Shown here one piece after another: positions 35,601 to 48,788 of a stretch of 64,000 nucleotides of DNA. The position numbers and the translations under genes were made by a program. The stretch is from the NCBI RefSeq assembly GCF_964204645.1, contig NC_134028.1:558001-622000 (forward strand). Reading direction: 5' to 3'. Source of the stretch: Tubulanus polymorphus. Taxonomy: Eukaryota; Animalia; Nemertea. The number at the start of each line of letters is the position of its first letter. Position 1 is the stretch's first letter. The notes under the pieces are model-generated. The model did no database searches. It had not been told where the DNA came from and worked only from the letters and a program-made list of their open reading frames with translations.

Positions 35601-38600
35601 ATCGCAGGCGTTTATTCTATCACACTCGTTCACATCTGAAGTAATAATAAAGAAAAGTTATTCGGCTAAATGACTACATTATAAGTGAAACTTTCAACAT
35701 TGGAAGTTCCCTGGCTTTCACTGAGCGGATATGCTTGTATAGTTATTCGAAGTAATCTCACTTACCTGTACAACTAGTTTCAGGGTCAGAACCGTAGTAA
35801 CCGTCATTACATTTACATTCATACGACCCAGGTGTATTGATACAATGAGCATTTACAGCACATTGGCTCAATGTTGGGTCTGCACACTCATCTCGATCTG
35901 CAAAGGCAAATCTTATAGATCAAGAAATTTGGAATATTGGTTTCTTGCCATTCAATACTTGTTTTCAAAGTTTTGAATGACACACATACTATGATGGAGG
36001 CTTAGGCAACCTATGTTAATAGTTAAGAAGATACCATTTACGAATGAAATCCGATATTAAAGAAAAATGAGCCATTTTCATTTCAAAATGGTCGTCATAG
36101 ATATATTTCAGTCGAAACGTCGGAATCCTGTAACAGATTTTCCTCATATTGTAGGGGTTTTATTCATAAATCGAATAAGACAGTGAGTGCCCTGTCTATT
36201 AAAAACCAAATGACTTAACTTTGGGTTCGAATTAAACCGATACCTAAAAGACTAGGCCTTACTCGAGTTCGCAACACGAACATACGGTAAGCCGTTTAAT
36301 GGTGAACCGACTGTTACACTGTCGACCACCCGAATAATAACAGGCTTACAGGTTCCGGCTTACCGTAAACTTTAGTGCTATCGCATTGCACATCATGCCC
36401 ATCTAGAAGACATTGGCCGTTGGGCTGACGGACTGCTTTCATGAAAGTCTCTTCTATATCCGACAGCGTAGGTAGCAAAGCCGGATTAACTCTCGTTTCA
36501 TCGAATAACAGCGCCATATGAACCAATACACTTGACTTACTGTAATCAAGATATTCATAGTTGCAAAAACGAATTTCGAGATTTATTCCGAGTTTGTTAA
36601 TTTGGAATATACTGGTTTTATCTGTTAAAACTAATTTTCAAATTCATTTAATAAAGATGTCCCCAGTACGATTCCCGTAGCTTTGAACCTAAAATATGTT
36701 ATCTGCATTTATCGATTATTCACATGAAAACTCTAATGAGACAAAAAAGTAAAAATCAAAGTACTGTAAAAAATGGAATCATTTGTTCTTCGATACACGT
36801 TATCAGTATACACCGACAATTTGATAAATTTCATATTGATCAATCTCGATTGATAAATTTCACATGAGTCCGAGATGTATATGTTATTCTGATATCTTAT
36901 AACGATATACTCTACCTAAACATTGTAACCAAAGCCGCTTCAAAACCTAAAGCTCTCATTTCCGCTTCATAATATGCTTTAACCTAGAAAAAATAATCAA
37001 TAACTTAAGAGAAGGTTTAATCTTCATTATTCAAAACCATTTCCTGATTTGAGATACGTACAGCTTTTTCCAGTTGCAACTTTAACTTGATACTTTCAGT
37101 AGTATTGAGATTTGCGTATTGGACAATCCACGCCAGATCTAAGGTAAACTGTAGAGTCAATGACGTACGTACTGTAATAAATATCAAATAAATAGAACAG
37201 AGCATCACTAGAATACAACATCAAAAATGTATCACTTATACGAGAGGGTTAAAGATTTAGGTACTAGGAAGTGAATATCATAATTCTCCTAAGTAGCCCC
37301 CCCCCCCTCCGGGCCTCGCGTCTGCGATGGGTTTTTTGAGAAGCAGAACGAAAATTGCCTCATCCAATTTTATAGGCTATTCCGAAAATGTCTAGCGAGA
37401 TATCTTGCAGCTAGGGCTTGCTGCATGGGTACCACAGGTAAGTTGAAGTCCCCCGAAGTAAATATGCATTTTCAAGGGTTATCTTCCTGACTTTAGAACT
37501 GGCTCGAAACGAGTTGTTCACTCGTCGCGTTCAAAAGATTCCGAAAAGATTAAAATCCAAAAGGTTTGTACCTTTCTTGCACGAGTTGACACCATCACCG
37601 ACGTACATATCGCGACATTGACATATCGCCCCGAGTTGACTCGATATACAATAAGCATCGACGTGGCATTGATTACAGTTTCCATGCACTGAAATACATA
37701 ACACATATCACGAGAATCAATGGCACCAATCTATATGCGACAAAAAAATAATCTTAATTAGGTAATTACTAACGACTATATCATACCTGATTGACTGGTA
37801 GTTAAAGATGCAGTTCCGATAGTTCCACTAGTAGTTATATCAGAACTTGAAGTTTCCGTTGGGAAAGTAGATGTGTCAGTAGGTTCAGTCGTTCCACCAG
37901 TTGTCATATCAGAACTTGAAGTTTCCGTTGGGAAAGTTGATGTGTCAGTAGGTTCAGTCGTTCCACCAGTTGTCATATCAAAACTTGAAGTTTCCGTTGG
38001 GAAAGTTGATGTGTCAGTAGGTTCAGTCGTTCCACCAGTTGTCATATCAGAACTTGAAGTTTCCGTTGGGAAAGTTGATGTGTCAGTAGGTTCAGTCGTT
38101 CCACCAGTTGTCATATCAGAACTTGAAGTTTCCGTTGGGAAAGTTGATGTGTCAGTAGGTTCAGTCGTTCCACCAGTTGTCACATCAGAACTTGAAGTTT
38201 CCGTTGGGAAAGTTGATGTGTCAGTAGGTTCAGTCGTTCCACCAGTTGTCATATCAGAACTTGAAGTTTCCGTCGGGAAAGTGGATGTGTCAGTAGGTTC
38301 AGTCGTTCCACCAGTTGTCATATCAGAACTTGAAGTTTCCGTTGGGAAAGTTGATGTGTCAGTAGGTTCAGTCGTTCCACCAGTTGTCATATCAGAACTT
38401 GAAGTTTCCGTTGGGAAAGTTGATGTGTCAGTAGGTTCAGTCGTTCCACCAGTTGTCATATCAGAACTTGAAGTTTCCGTTGGGAAAGTTGATGTGTCAG
38501 TAGGTTCAGTCGTTCCACCAGTTGTCATATCAGAACTTGAAGTTTCCGTCGGGAAAGTGGATGTGTCAGTAGGTTCAGTCGTTCCACCAGTTGTCATATC

Positions 38601-41600
38601 AAAACTTGAAGTTTCCGTTGGGAAAGTTGATGTGTCAGTAGGTTCAGTCGTTCCACCAGTTGTCATATCAAAACTTGAAGTTTCCGTTGGGAAAGTGGAC
38701 GTGTCAGTAGGTTCAGTCGTTCCACCAGTTGTCATATCAGAACTTGAAGTTTCCGTTGGGAAAGTGGACGTGTCAGTAGGTTCAGTCGTTCCACCAGTTG
38801 TCATATCAAAACTTGAAGTTTCCGTTGGGAAAGTTGATGTGTCAGTAGGTTCAGTCGTTCCACCAGTTGTCATATCGAAACTTGAAGTTTCCGTTGGGAA
38901 AGTGGATGTGTCAGTAGGTTCAGTCGTTCCACCAGTTGTCATATCAGAACTTGAAGTTTCTGTTGGGAAAGTGGATTTGTCAGTAGGTTCAGTCGTTCCA
39001 CCAGTTGTCATATCAGAACTTGAAGTTTCCGTTGGGAAAGTGGATGTGTCAGTAGGTTCAGTCGTTCCACCAGTTGTCATATCGAAACTTGAAGTTTCCG
39101 TTGGGAAAGTGGATGTGTCAGTAGGTTCAGTCGTTCCACCAGTTGTCATATCAGAACTTGAAGTTTCTGTTGGGAAAGTTGATGTGTCAGTAGGTTCAGT
39201 CGTTCCACCAGTTGTCATATCAGAACTTGAAGTTTCTGTTGTTGGGAAAGTGGATGTGTCAGTAGGTTCAGTCGTTCCACCAGTTGTCATATCAAAACTT
39301 GAAGTTTCCGTTGGGAAAGTTGATGTGTCAGTAGGTTCAGTCGTTCCACCAGTTGTCATATCAAAACTTGAAGTTTCCGTTGGGAAAGTGGACGTGTCAG
39401 TAGGTTCAGTCGTTCCACCAGTTGTCATATCAAAACTTGAAGTTTCCGTTGGGAAAGTAGATGTGTCAGTAGGTTCAGTCGTTCCACCAGTTGTCATATC
39501 GAAACTTGAAGTTTCCGTTGGGAAAGTGGATGTGTCAGTAGGTTCAGTCGTTCCACCAGTTGTCATATCAGAACTTGAAGTTTCTGTTGGGAAAGTTGAT
39601 GTGTCAGTAGGTTCAGTCGTTCCACCAGTTGTCATATCAGAACTTGAAGTTTCCGTTGGGAAAGTAGATGTGTCAGTAGGTTCAGTCGTTCCACCAGTTG
39701 TCATATCAGAACTTGAAGTTTCCGTTGGGAAAGTGGATGTGTCAGTAGGTTCAGTCGTTCCACCAGTTGTCATATCGAAACTTGAAGTTTCCGTTGGGAA
39801 AGTGGATGTGTCAGTAGGTTCAGTCGTTCCACCAGTTGTCATATCAGAACTTGAAGTTTCTGTTGGGAAAGTTGATGTGTCAGTAGGTTCAGTCGTTCCA
39901 CCAGTTGTCATATCAGAACTTGAAGTTTCTGTTGTTGGGAAAGTGGATGTGTCAGTAGGTTCAGTCGTTCCACCAGTTGTCATATCAGAACTTGAAGTTT
40001 CCGTTGGGAAAGTTGTCTCTATGCTGGCCGATGTCGATGTGTCTACCGTAGTTGAGCTGACAGTCGAGGATGAAGTAGACGAATCCGTTGGTGATGTCGT
40101 CTCGGTGCTCGCCGAGGTCGATGTGTCTACCGTAGTTGAGCTGACAGTCGAGGATGAAGTAGACGAATCCGTTGGTGATGTCGTATCGGTGCTCGCCGAT
40201 GTCGATGTGTCTACCGTAGTGGAGCTGACAGTCGAGGATGAAGTAGACGAATCCGTTGGTGATGTCGTATCGGTGCTCGCCGAGGTCGATGTGTCTACCG
40301 TAGTGGAGGTGTCAGTCGAGGATGAAGTAGACGAATCCGTTGGTGATGTCGTCTCGGTGCTCGCCGAGGTCGATGTGTCCACAGTAGTGGAGGTGTCAGT
40401 CGAGGATGAAGTAGACGAATCCGTTGGTGATGTCGTTTCGGTGCTCACCGAGGTCGATTTGTCTACCGTAGTGGAGGTGTCAGTCGAGGACGAAGTAGAC
40501 GAATCCGTTGGTGATGTCGTATCGGTGCTCGCCGATGTCGATGTGTCTACCGTAGTGGAGCTGACAGTCGAGGATGAAGTAGACGAATCCGTTGGTGTTG
40601 TCGTTTCGGTGCTCGCCGAGGTCGATGTGTCTACCGTAGTGGAGCTGACAGTCGAGGATGAAGTAGACGAATCCGTTGGTGATGTCGTCTCGGTGCTCGC
40701 CGAGGTCGATGTGTCTACCGTAGTTGAGCTGACAGTCGAGGATGAAGTAGACGAATCCGTTGGTGATGTCGTCTCGGTGCTCGCCGAGGTTGATGTGTCT
40801 ACCGTAGTGGAGCTGACAGTCGAGGATAGAGTAGACGAATCCGTTGGTGTTGTCGTTTCGGTGCTCGCCGATGTCGATGTGTCTACTGTAGTGGAGCTGA
40901 CAGTCGAGGATAGAGTAGACGAATCCGTTGGTGTTGTCGTTTCGGTGCTCGCCGAGGTTGATGTGTCTACCGTAGTGGAGCTGACAGTCGAGGATAGAGT
41001 AGACGAATCCGTTGGTGTTGTCGTTTCGGTGCTCGCCGAGGTTGATGTGTCTACCGTAGTGGAGCTGACACTAAAGGATGAAGTAGACGAATCCGTTGGT
41101 GTTGTCGTCTCGGTGCTCGCCGATGTCGATGTGTCTACCGTAGTGGAGGTGTCAGTCGAGGATGAAGTAGACGAATCCGTTGGTGATGTCGTCTCGGTGC
41201 TCGCCGATGTCGATGTGTCTACCGTAGTGGAGCTGACAGTCGAGGATGAAGTAGACGAATCCGTTGGTGATGTCGTTTCGGTGCTCACCGAGGTCGATTT
41301 GTCTACCGTAGTGGAGGTGTCAGTCGAGGACGAAGTAGACGAATCCGTTGGTGATGTCGTATCGGTGCTCGCCGATGTCGATGTGTCTACCGTAGTGGAG
41401 CTGACAGTCGAGGATGAAGTAGACGAATCCGTTGGTGTTGTCGTTTCGGTGCTCGCCGAGGTCGATGTGTCTACCGTAGTGGAGCTGACAGTCGAGGATG
41501 AAGTAGACGAATCCGTTGGTGATGTCGTCTCGGTGCTCGCCGAGGTCGATTTGTCTACCGTATTGGAGGTGTCAGTCGAGGACGAAGTAGACGAATCCGT

Positions 41601-42698
41601 TGGTGATGTCGTATCGGTGCTCGCCGAGGTCGATTTGTCTACCGTAGTGGAGCTGACAGTCGAGGATGAAGTAGACGAATCCGTTGGTGATGTCGTTTCG
41701 GTGCTCGCCGAGGTCGATGTGGCTACCGTAGTTGAGCTGTCAGTCGAGGATGAAGTAGACGAATCCGTTGGTGTTGTCGTTTCGGTGCTCGCCGAGGTCG
41801 ATGTGGCTACCGTAGTGGAGGTGTCAGTCGAGGATGAAGTAGACGAATCCGTTGGTGATGTCGTATCGGTGCTCGCCGAGGTCGATGTGTCTACCGTATT
41901 GGAGGTGTCAGTCGAGGACGAAGTAGACGAATCCGTTGGTGATGTCGTCTCGGTGCTCGCCGATGTCGATGTGTCTACCGTAGTTGAGCTGACAGTCGAG
42001 GATGAAGTAGACGAATCCGTTGGTGATGTCGTCTCGGTGCTCGCCGAGGTCGATTTGTCTACCGTAGTGGAGGTGTCAGTCGAGGACGAAGTAGACGAAT
42101 CCGTTGGTGTTGTCGTCTCGGTGCTCGCCGATGTCGATGTGTCTACCGTAGTTGAGCTGACAGTCGAGGACGAAGTAGACGAATCCGTTGTTAAGGTCGT
42201 ATCGGTGCTCGCCGAGGTCGATGTGTCCACAGTAGTTGAGCTGACAGTCGAGGATGAAGTAGACGAATCTGTCGGTGATGTCGTCTCTGTGCTCGATGCG
42301 TCAATAGATTCATGCGATACACTAGTACCGGTAGTTGTATAAGAACTTGAAGTTTCCGTTTGGAAAGTGGATGTATCAGTAGATTCAGTCGTTCCATTAG
42401 TGACAGTATCTGTTGCAGTTGTCGTTGTTGGAGCGGTTGTATAAAATTGTGTCGTTGCCTTTTTGGCGGTGCTGCCAGTAGATGGTGCTGGTGTAGTGAT
42501 TGTGCCAGATTGTGTATAATTACCTAAAGACACGAAATGTACTCAATTTTCTATCAATTCAAGCAAATGAAACTAAAATGCATCTTGTTTAAATATTAAT
42601 CACAAATTGCTATACAAACCGGTAATTGTCGCATTCACCAACACAACGAAGAAAACAACAGCGAGTAAAGATAACCGATAATTGTGTAAATGATACAT
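26623..42698 (-). CDS. Large transmembrane mucin, MUC4-like (PTS repeats, EGF, SEA, EGF, NIDO, AMOP, VWD, Ca-EGF repeats, SEA, EGF, TM, cytoplasmic tail)
   Basis: Signal exon from 42698 ([26 protein letters not shown]). One ~4.74-kb Ser/Thr exon spans 42524-37787. SEA-like exons lie at ~37170-36350. NIDO ([42 protein letters not shown]), AMOP ([14 protein letters not shown]) and VWD ([39 protein letters not shown]) follow. Many phase-1 D[IV][DN]EC EGF exons come next, then a second SEA at ~28770-28110. The TM is [23 protein letters not shown] and the stop is at 26623. Confidence 0.9.
37840..40012 (-). repeat. Coding tandem repeat, 69 bp / 23 aa ([23 protein letters not shown]), ~31 copies
   Basis: Unit spacing 37852 to 37921 = 69 bp. 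It lies within the mucin PTS exon. Confidence 0.97.
40025..42290 (-). repeat. Coding tandem repeat, 84 bp / 28 aa ([28 protein letters not shown]), ~27 copies
   Basis: Unit spacing 40081 to 40165 = 84 bp. It lies within the mucin PTS exon. Confidence 0.97.
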
Positions 42699-45600
42699 TC
42701 CGCTTCTTTATCGTATCACATTCAACATAGCGTAGAACCAGGAGATCCGAACGACTTTACGAAACGGAAGTTGTTTCGTTACTGAACCAAACGTGTTCTC
42801 GAATTTAACCCAATAAACACAACCAGACAATGAAATATAGTACGTGAATGAAAAAATAAATTCGACCCGAAATGAAGTAATCGTCGTGAGCTGAATTGTA
42901 AAGCTTGTCGAACCAAAATGTATATCTTTTTTTTGCAATTAGAAGTTATTCCACGAAGATTGTATCCAATCAGAAAGCGATAATTTGTAGCTCATACTCG
43001 GTATGTTTTCCCCGGGTAAATTAGCGTTTGTACCTGAATTGGTTCAAACCTTCAGAAGAAATTTTCTCCTTTTACCAAACTTGAATCCCTGAATTTGCCG
43101 TTCGAGTTTCAACTTAAAATACAAACAAAATTGCCGTTGATTTTATGTAAACAAAAAAAGAAAGATTTCATCACCGTTTTTATTCATTTAGCCATATAGG
43201 TTTTTATTGGATGTAAAGTTTGACATTGGATTCATAAGTCAATTCATGGATTCATTAGTCGAAAAATTAAAAACATGATTAACATGCGGTATAATCAATC
43301 TTATTCATAATGAAGTGTAAGCTTTGGACATGAAACACACGATATCAAACTCTGTCGATAATTAGTTTAATCGGGGGCAAAAGAAAAACCCAATCACGTG
43401 AATAGTGCTGAACCGGTTTATACCTGGAATGTCGTCACGTGACCGACTGTAGAAATATCGACGAAATGCAGTAAACACTTTTTTAATGATATTTTCGTTA
43501 AGTTTTCAATACGAAACTAAAAATACAACAGAAATACCTTGATAAACTATGGTGGCTGAATAGACTCATTCGAAAATATTTTCCTGAAAAATAAATCTAC
43601 GAGTGAAATACATGTTTTATCAAACCAAATCTACTTTTTCGTCACCGATATTTTCATTCATATATTTAGATTTAAATCTCGTGTACATAATGTACCTCAA
43701 CCCCGGCCTAGCAAACTGAATGATGTCTATTTTCGTTTTAAAGTTATATTAAAACGAGTTCAGTCATAAGTTAGGTGCTTTTAGACTATCGGGCAAATTA
43801 TCTTTTCACGAAACAAGAATTCGTACGTCTGAGATTTTTACTTAATAAAATGTGACAAGAAAACTGTCACTAGTTTGGAATGTGAACCAGAACTAATTTT
43901 TATCTCTCTCCATTCAATCGAAGTCGCCATTCAATCGAAGGCTCTCATTTTTGCGAAGTAAAGGTGTGGTATCTGTAAAGAGAACAATACTATGGGAATT
44001 CCTAATACACGGTATTTACAATTCAAAACTAGTTTCACTTTTTTACCATCAATGAATAATAAGTAAAAGCAGTGAAAAATCTGGTTATGAAATGATTATT
44101 TGCAACCCTATAAAATTGCTGGAACGGCAATGAATATAAACTATTTCATTGAGATCTAATTTTCAACAAGTCTTCTTCAAGTTCATGTTCCTCGTTGAAG
44201 AATATGCCTGTCCTAACTCTATATATCTTCTAAATTCACTTAACTCTTATTAGAAATTTAACGTGATAAGACACGTTAACGATTCAATGCTAAATATAAA
44301 GACGCCATTGATAATTTGTCCACGTTTTTGTTGTATTTCTATGCTTAAAATAGTAAAAATACTCATGAACTACTGCAGTGTCTTTATAACAATTTAGATG
44401 AAAGTCTAATTTATGATAGGGTTTGGGGAGGGAGTGAAGTCTAACAGTCGTTTCATTTCAAATATTATGAAATATTGTTTCCTTTTGAAGGTATCCGCCA
44501 CTTAATACAATGTAGGCCTACACCGAACACTGTATGTAGGGTGAACATAATATTCAAATATAACTGGATTAGTAAGTAAATGCACAGCATTTCCCACAAG
44601 CAAAAGTTACCATTAATGATCTTTCGCTGTCGGGAATGATTTACCAGGGTCTGCGGCAGTTAGTTTAGACAGGGAAGTGGCGAGTAGACGCTCAACCGAA
44701 AATTCAAGTTTATCTTCCTGGAACTGGACCCGGCAGAGGCTGGGCTCCTCGTGGAATCGTCAATTATCTCCAATCCGTCCATGCTATCAGATGAACTCAG
44801 TCAACTGCCTGATCTTTCGGTTTCATTTTTTGTCACACGGAGTATTAACCCTCGGCAAGTGAGGAGAAAGATTGTTGAAAGCAATCGATCCGAAGCGAAG
44901 ATAGAATAGATAGGCGCCGACTCGGGAAATGAGCACCTGCCGCGCCCGGTGCTGTATAGTTTCATGATACTGCATACGAGCCCGATATACAAAATGCCGC
45001 CTAGTTGGAGTACTGTCTGCGCCACACACTCAGTCACTAAGAAATCATTAACATGAAAACTCTCGATTGATTTGTCCGCCATGTTGAACGGGGCATGCTC
45101 CACTTGGCTAGTTCTGTAGACCACGCAGCCCGAACTGTACTAGGACTCATGAATAGCGCTCCGAGCACCACATGAAGAGAACACAGTCCATAGCTGTAGC
45201 AGGTTTTTATGTCGCTCCAGGTGGGTAAATACTGTGGGTCGAGCCCGCTCGGGTCGAATGTAAGGAAATATGTTGATTTGTTTTTTGTGAGCGAAAATAC
45301 CTCCAGAAAATACATCTGAATATATGATATTCTTATTTTGCGCGCATAAACTGTGCGGTTATCCGTCATTCCAGCGAAAGACATTTTAATCATGCCAGGA
45401 AATAACGTAGGCTGGGGGAACTTTGATGCGAAAATTCCAAATGTTTTGTTTTATCGTACTCCAGCCCAGGTCAATACCGTTAGATTTAAATTGTTCTACG
45501 GAACGCAGTTGAAATACCCTCCAAATGAAAGACTTACACACAGCGCAGACTACTCAAGTATCCCTTCACGGACCAAATTGTTCCAAATATCTAAACCCAC

Positions 45601-45939
45601 TAGCGTTCGTTTACACAGTATTTCGTTTGTAAGCATGACTTACTGTTTTGAATAGATAGTTGGAATATTTGCAGGACTGGCCACGTTCTGTACTGCGCGC
45701 GCACGCGGTGCGGAGTGACTCGTTTCACTACTACTTTATACGACTGTACACAGTAGTGTCGACACTGTCTTTCTCTGTCAACGTTTACACATTTGAATGA
45801 ATATGAAGAAAGAAAGGATGATGATAAATATCGAGAGGAATTTGTTTTCTTCGTAATTTTGGATGTAACACGTTGAAAATACTGCGCGGTGTTGTTTCCT
45901 ATAGGAGTCACGTGACTCCGAGGCTGATTATTCGATCAA

Positions 45940-48699
45940 ATGGCATCAAATCATTGGTCGATTGGCTCGCTGCCAATAACAGATACGGATTTACTACGAT
46001 GGAGTCCAAGTGGTTCATCAACTAAAAGTATGCCGACTAGTGACGACATAAAACGGGTAGAGTCACCTGCACCTTCAGCATCGGGAGCGATGGTGGCAAC
46101 ATCTCACACAGGATCTACTACTAATCCCAGAGTAGTAATTACTCCTCAGAATATATTAATCAATCGTTTAACGCCGATAGGTATCAGTAGTTCACCGTTA
46201 AACGTCTACAGTAGGACAGCTCCGATTAGTAATAGGACGACTCCGGTCAGTAATAGGAGTACTCCAGTAGCTAATGTACGCGCAACACCATCTCCACATA
46301 GATTCATTAAATCACCACTTCTAACAGAAATGCGTAACTTTGCAGCGACCCCTAGTGTCGGGAATCTGCCAACAGCTGCGTACCCCCTGGCGGCGGGGGC
46401 AGGAGATAGTACGAGTAAAATACCGTTTAAATCAAACTCTATTTCATTACAGACTCCGACAGCGGCCACGCGTAACACAACAAAAAATACTAGGGGGCCA
46501 GTGACTAGCAGCCCTTCTGGGCCAGTGACTAGCAGCCCTCTTGGGCCAGTGACTAGCAGCCCTTCTGGGCCAGTGACTAGCAGCCCTCTTGGGCCAGTGA
46601 CTAGCAGCCCTTCTGGGCCAGTCAGCAGCCCTTCAGGGCCAGTGACTAGCAGCCCTTCTGGGCCAGTCAGCAGCCCTGAGTCAAACGTCTCTTCTACAAT
46701 GACGAAAAAGACTCCAACAGAAATGATTCGAGAACAGTTGAAAATGTTTACAGTGAATGATATAGGAGGAGGAGGAGGAGGAGGAGGAGGAGTGGGAGGA
46801 GGAGGAGAAGGAGTGGGAGGAGGAGGTGGAGGAGTAGGAGGAGTGGGAGGAGTGGGAGGAGGAGTGGGAGGAGACGGAGCTCAGTCTGATGGAGGGGACA
46901 CATTATCCACTGCACCGTGTAGTTGTTGGGACACCACATACAGTAGTGTTAGTGATATAATGAGTGATTTAAGTACTTCACTTGTATCTCACGATAACAC
47001 AACAGTTATATCAGGATTATCGACCAGTTTGACTGAATGTGCAGTTAAAAAATTACCTAACGTCGACAGCGTTCCGTGGAGTTTGAAGGATATTCATCGT
47101 GTCTTCAGAAATGGTCGCGCTAAAACGTTTTATCAACAGATTCATTCCGATGTTCCCGATCGGTTCTCATATCTACTTCAGCGTCCGTTGGTGCGAATCG
47201 CGATACAAGCGCAGAGACTCTCATCACATTTCGGCATTTGTACAAAACATGAACTTCAAACGGCCGTAAAAACAACGTTATCCGGATTTCTAGTGGAAAG
47301 TTGTTTAGGAGCTGGGCACCGGGCATTTACATTGTTTAGTATGAGTAAGGATAGTTCGCGACAGAGTCGAAGTGCTCGTTCAGGACTTACATTCTCGGTT
47401 AGAAAGTTTCATAAATGGATGTTAGATAGTCAGATAGCTGGATATATCGGCGAAGACGCCGCCATTTGGTTAACGGCTTGTTTAGAAAATCTGGCCGAAG
47501 AAGTTGCGGTGAAAGCATTAGGCAATTCACCCGGGGGTCTTTCAAACGGTACGATTCGATAACATAACGTATTAACAACTCGGTATCGAGTTTCACCGAT
47601 AAAGGGTTAATCATGTTTCCCGTTTTGGTTTAAGGTTCTCTGCGCATAACCCGAGAAATGTTAGAAAATGGAGTGAGCAATTATCCAGAAATTTGGGGCA
47701 TGTTACAACCGACTGGACACCTAGTTTGTGGGCGCCTTCCTAATGGTTAGTAATCCACAGGCGCGTCTAAAGCTGTCCTCGTGAACAGGAGAATATAAGT
47801 TATAGTCATTGAAACAATAGGGAATAGTTATAAAACTATAGAGTACTTTAAGAGACCAGCGGGGTTCATGTATTCACTTCACGCTCTCTCGCATTTATAG
47901 AGTTTCTTACTTTCAGAAATGTTTAAATGTTCTCGGGGTAAATAAACGACACTGGTTTTATTTTACACTTCAATTCATGGTTCTATATACGATTTATACA
48001 AATATCAAGTAGAAATGCGTCCGTACATTCCGTACATATTGATTCCTAGTTCTTTATTGGTTTATGTTTGTTTATATATCGGGTATTTCATGTTTTATGA
48101 CCTGTATTTAAAAATAACCCGAGGACATTCGTTCATTCCACTTTATTCAAGTTCTTCAGTTGTACATGTATTAAACTTGGGCAAAACTAGATGACATTAT
48201 TTAAGCAAAACAAACTGATTTTTATTCAATACAGGAATATCGCTGTACCACAAAACTCAGTGGTTTGTAATCAATCGACGTGTCATTCTACAAATAAATC
48301 AACGACTCAAACTTCTAAAGATTCGGCCTCAGATATCGCTAATATACTGATGACTACTTGTATCGGTAGTGTCTCAGAACTCGGTTAGTATTTCACTGTT
48401 ACTATCAGACTCCTCCGATATAGTTTAGAAGAAAATACAATGGATCGATTTTAATTGACATGAATTGTATTTGATTGTTTGTTTTCAGCGTCATTGGTCG
48501 AAACAAGTTTACAGCACATGTTTTCCAGTAAAGTTGGTAAAACAACGAACAGTTTATTCTCGTGGAATCGCAGTAGTTTACAAACTTTATTCTATTACTT
48601 AAAATGTCCTCAACTGATTAACGCGTCCAGTTCGAATAAAACCCCTCCTAAGATTGAACTCACGTCAGAAAGGTCAGTTTTATAACTCGGCAGCCAGTC

Positions 48700-48788
<89 letters not shown>

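Noticed and set aside
37873-42342. 1489-aa plus-strand ORF (Val/Ser/Glu/Asp-rich)
   Set aside because: It is the antisense shadow of the mucin Ser/Thr repeat exon. The minus frame has the signal exon, splice sites and downstream domains.
47350-47520. Histone H2A gene
   Set aside because: The H2A-like motif is the histone-fold region of the ABTB2/BTBD11 protein, in frame within its exon 1.
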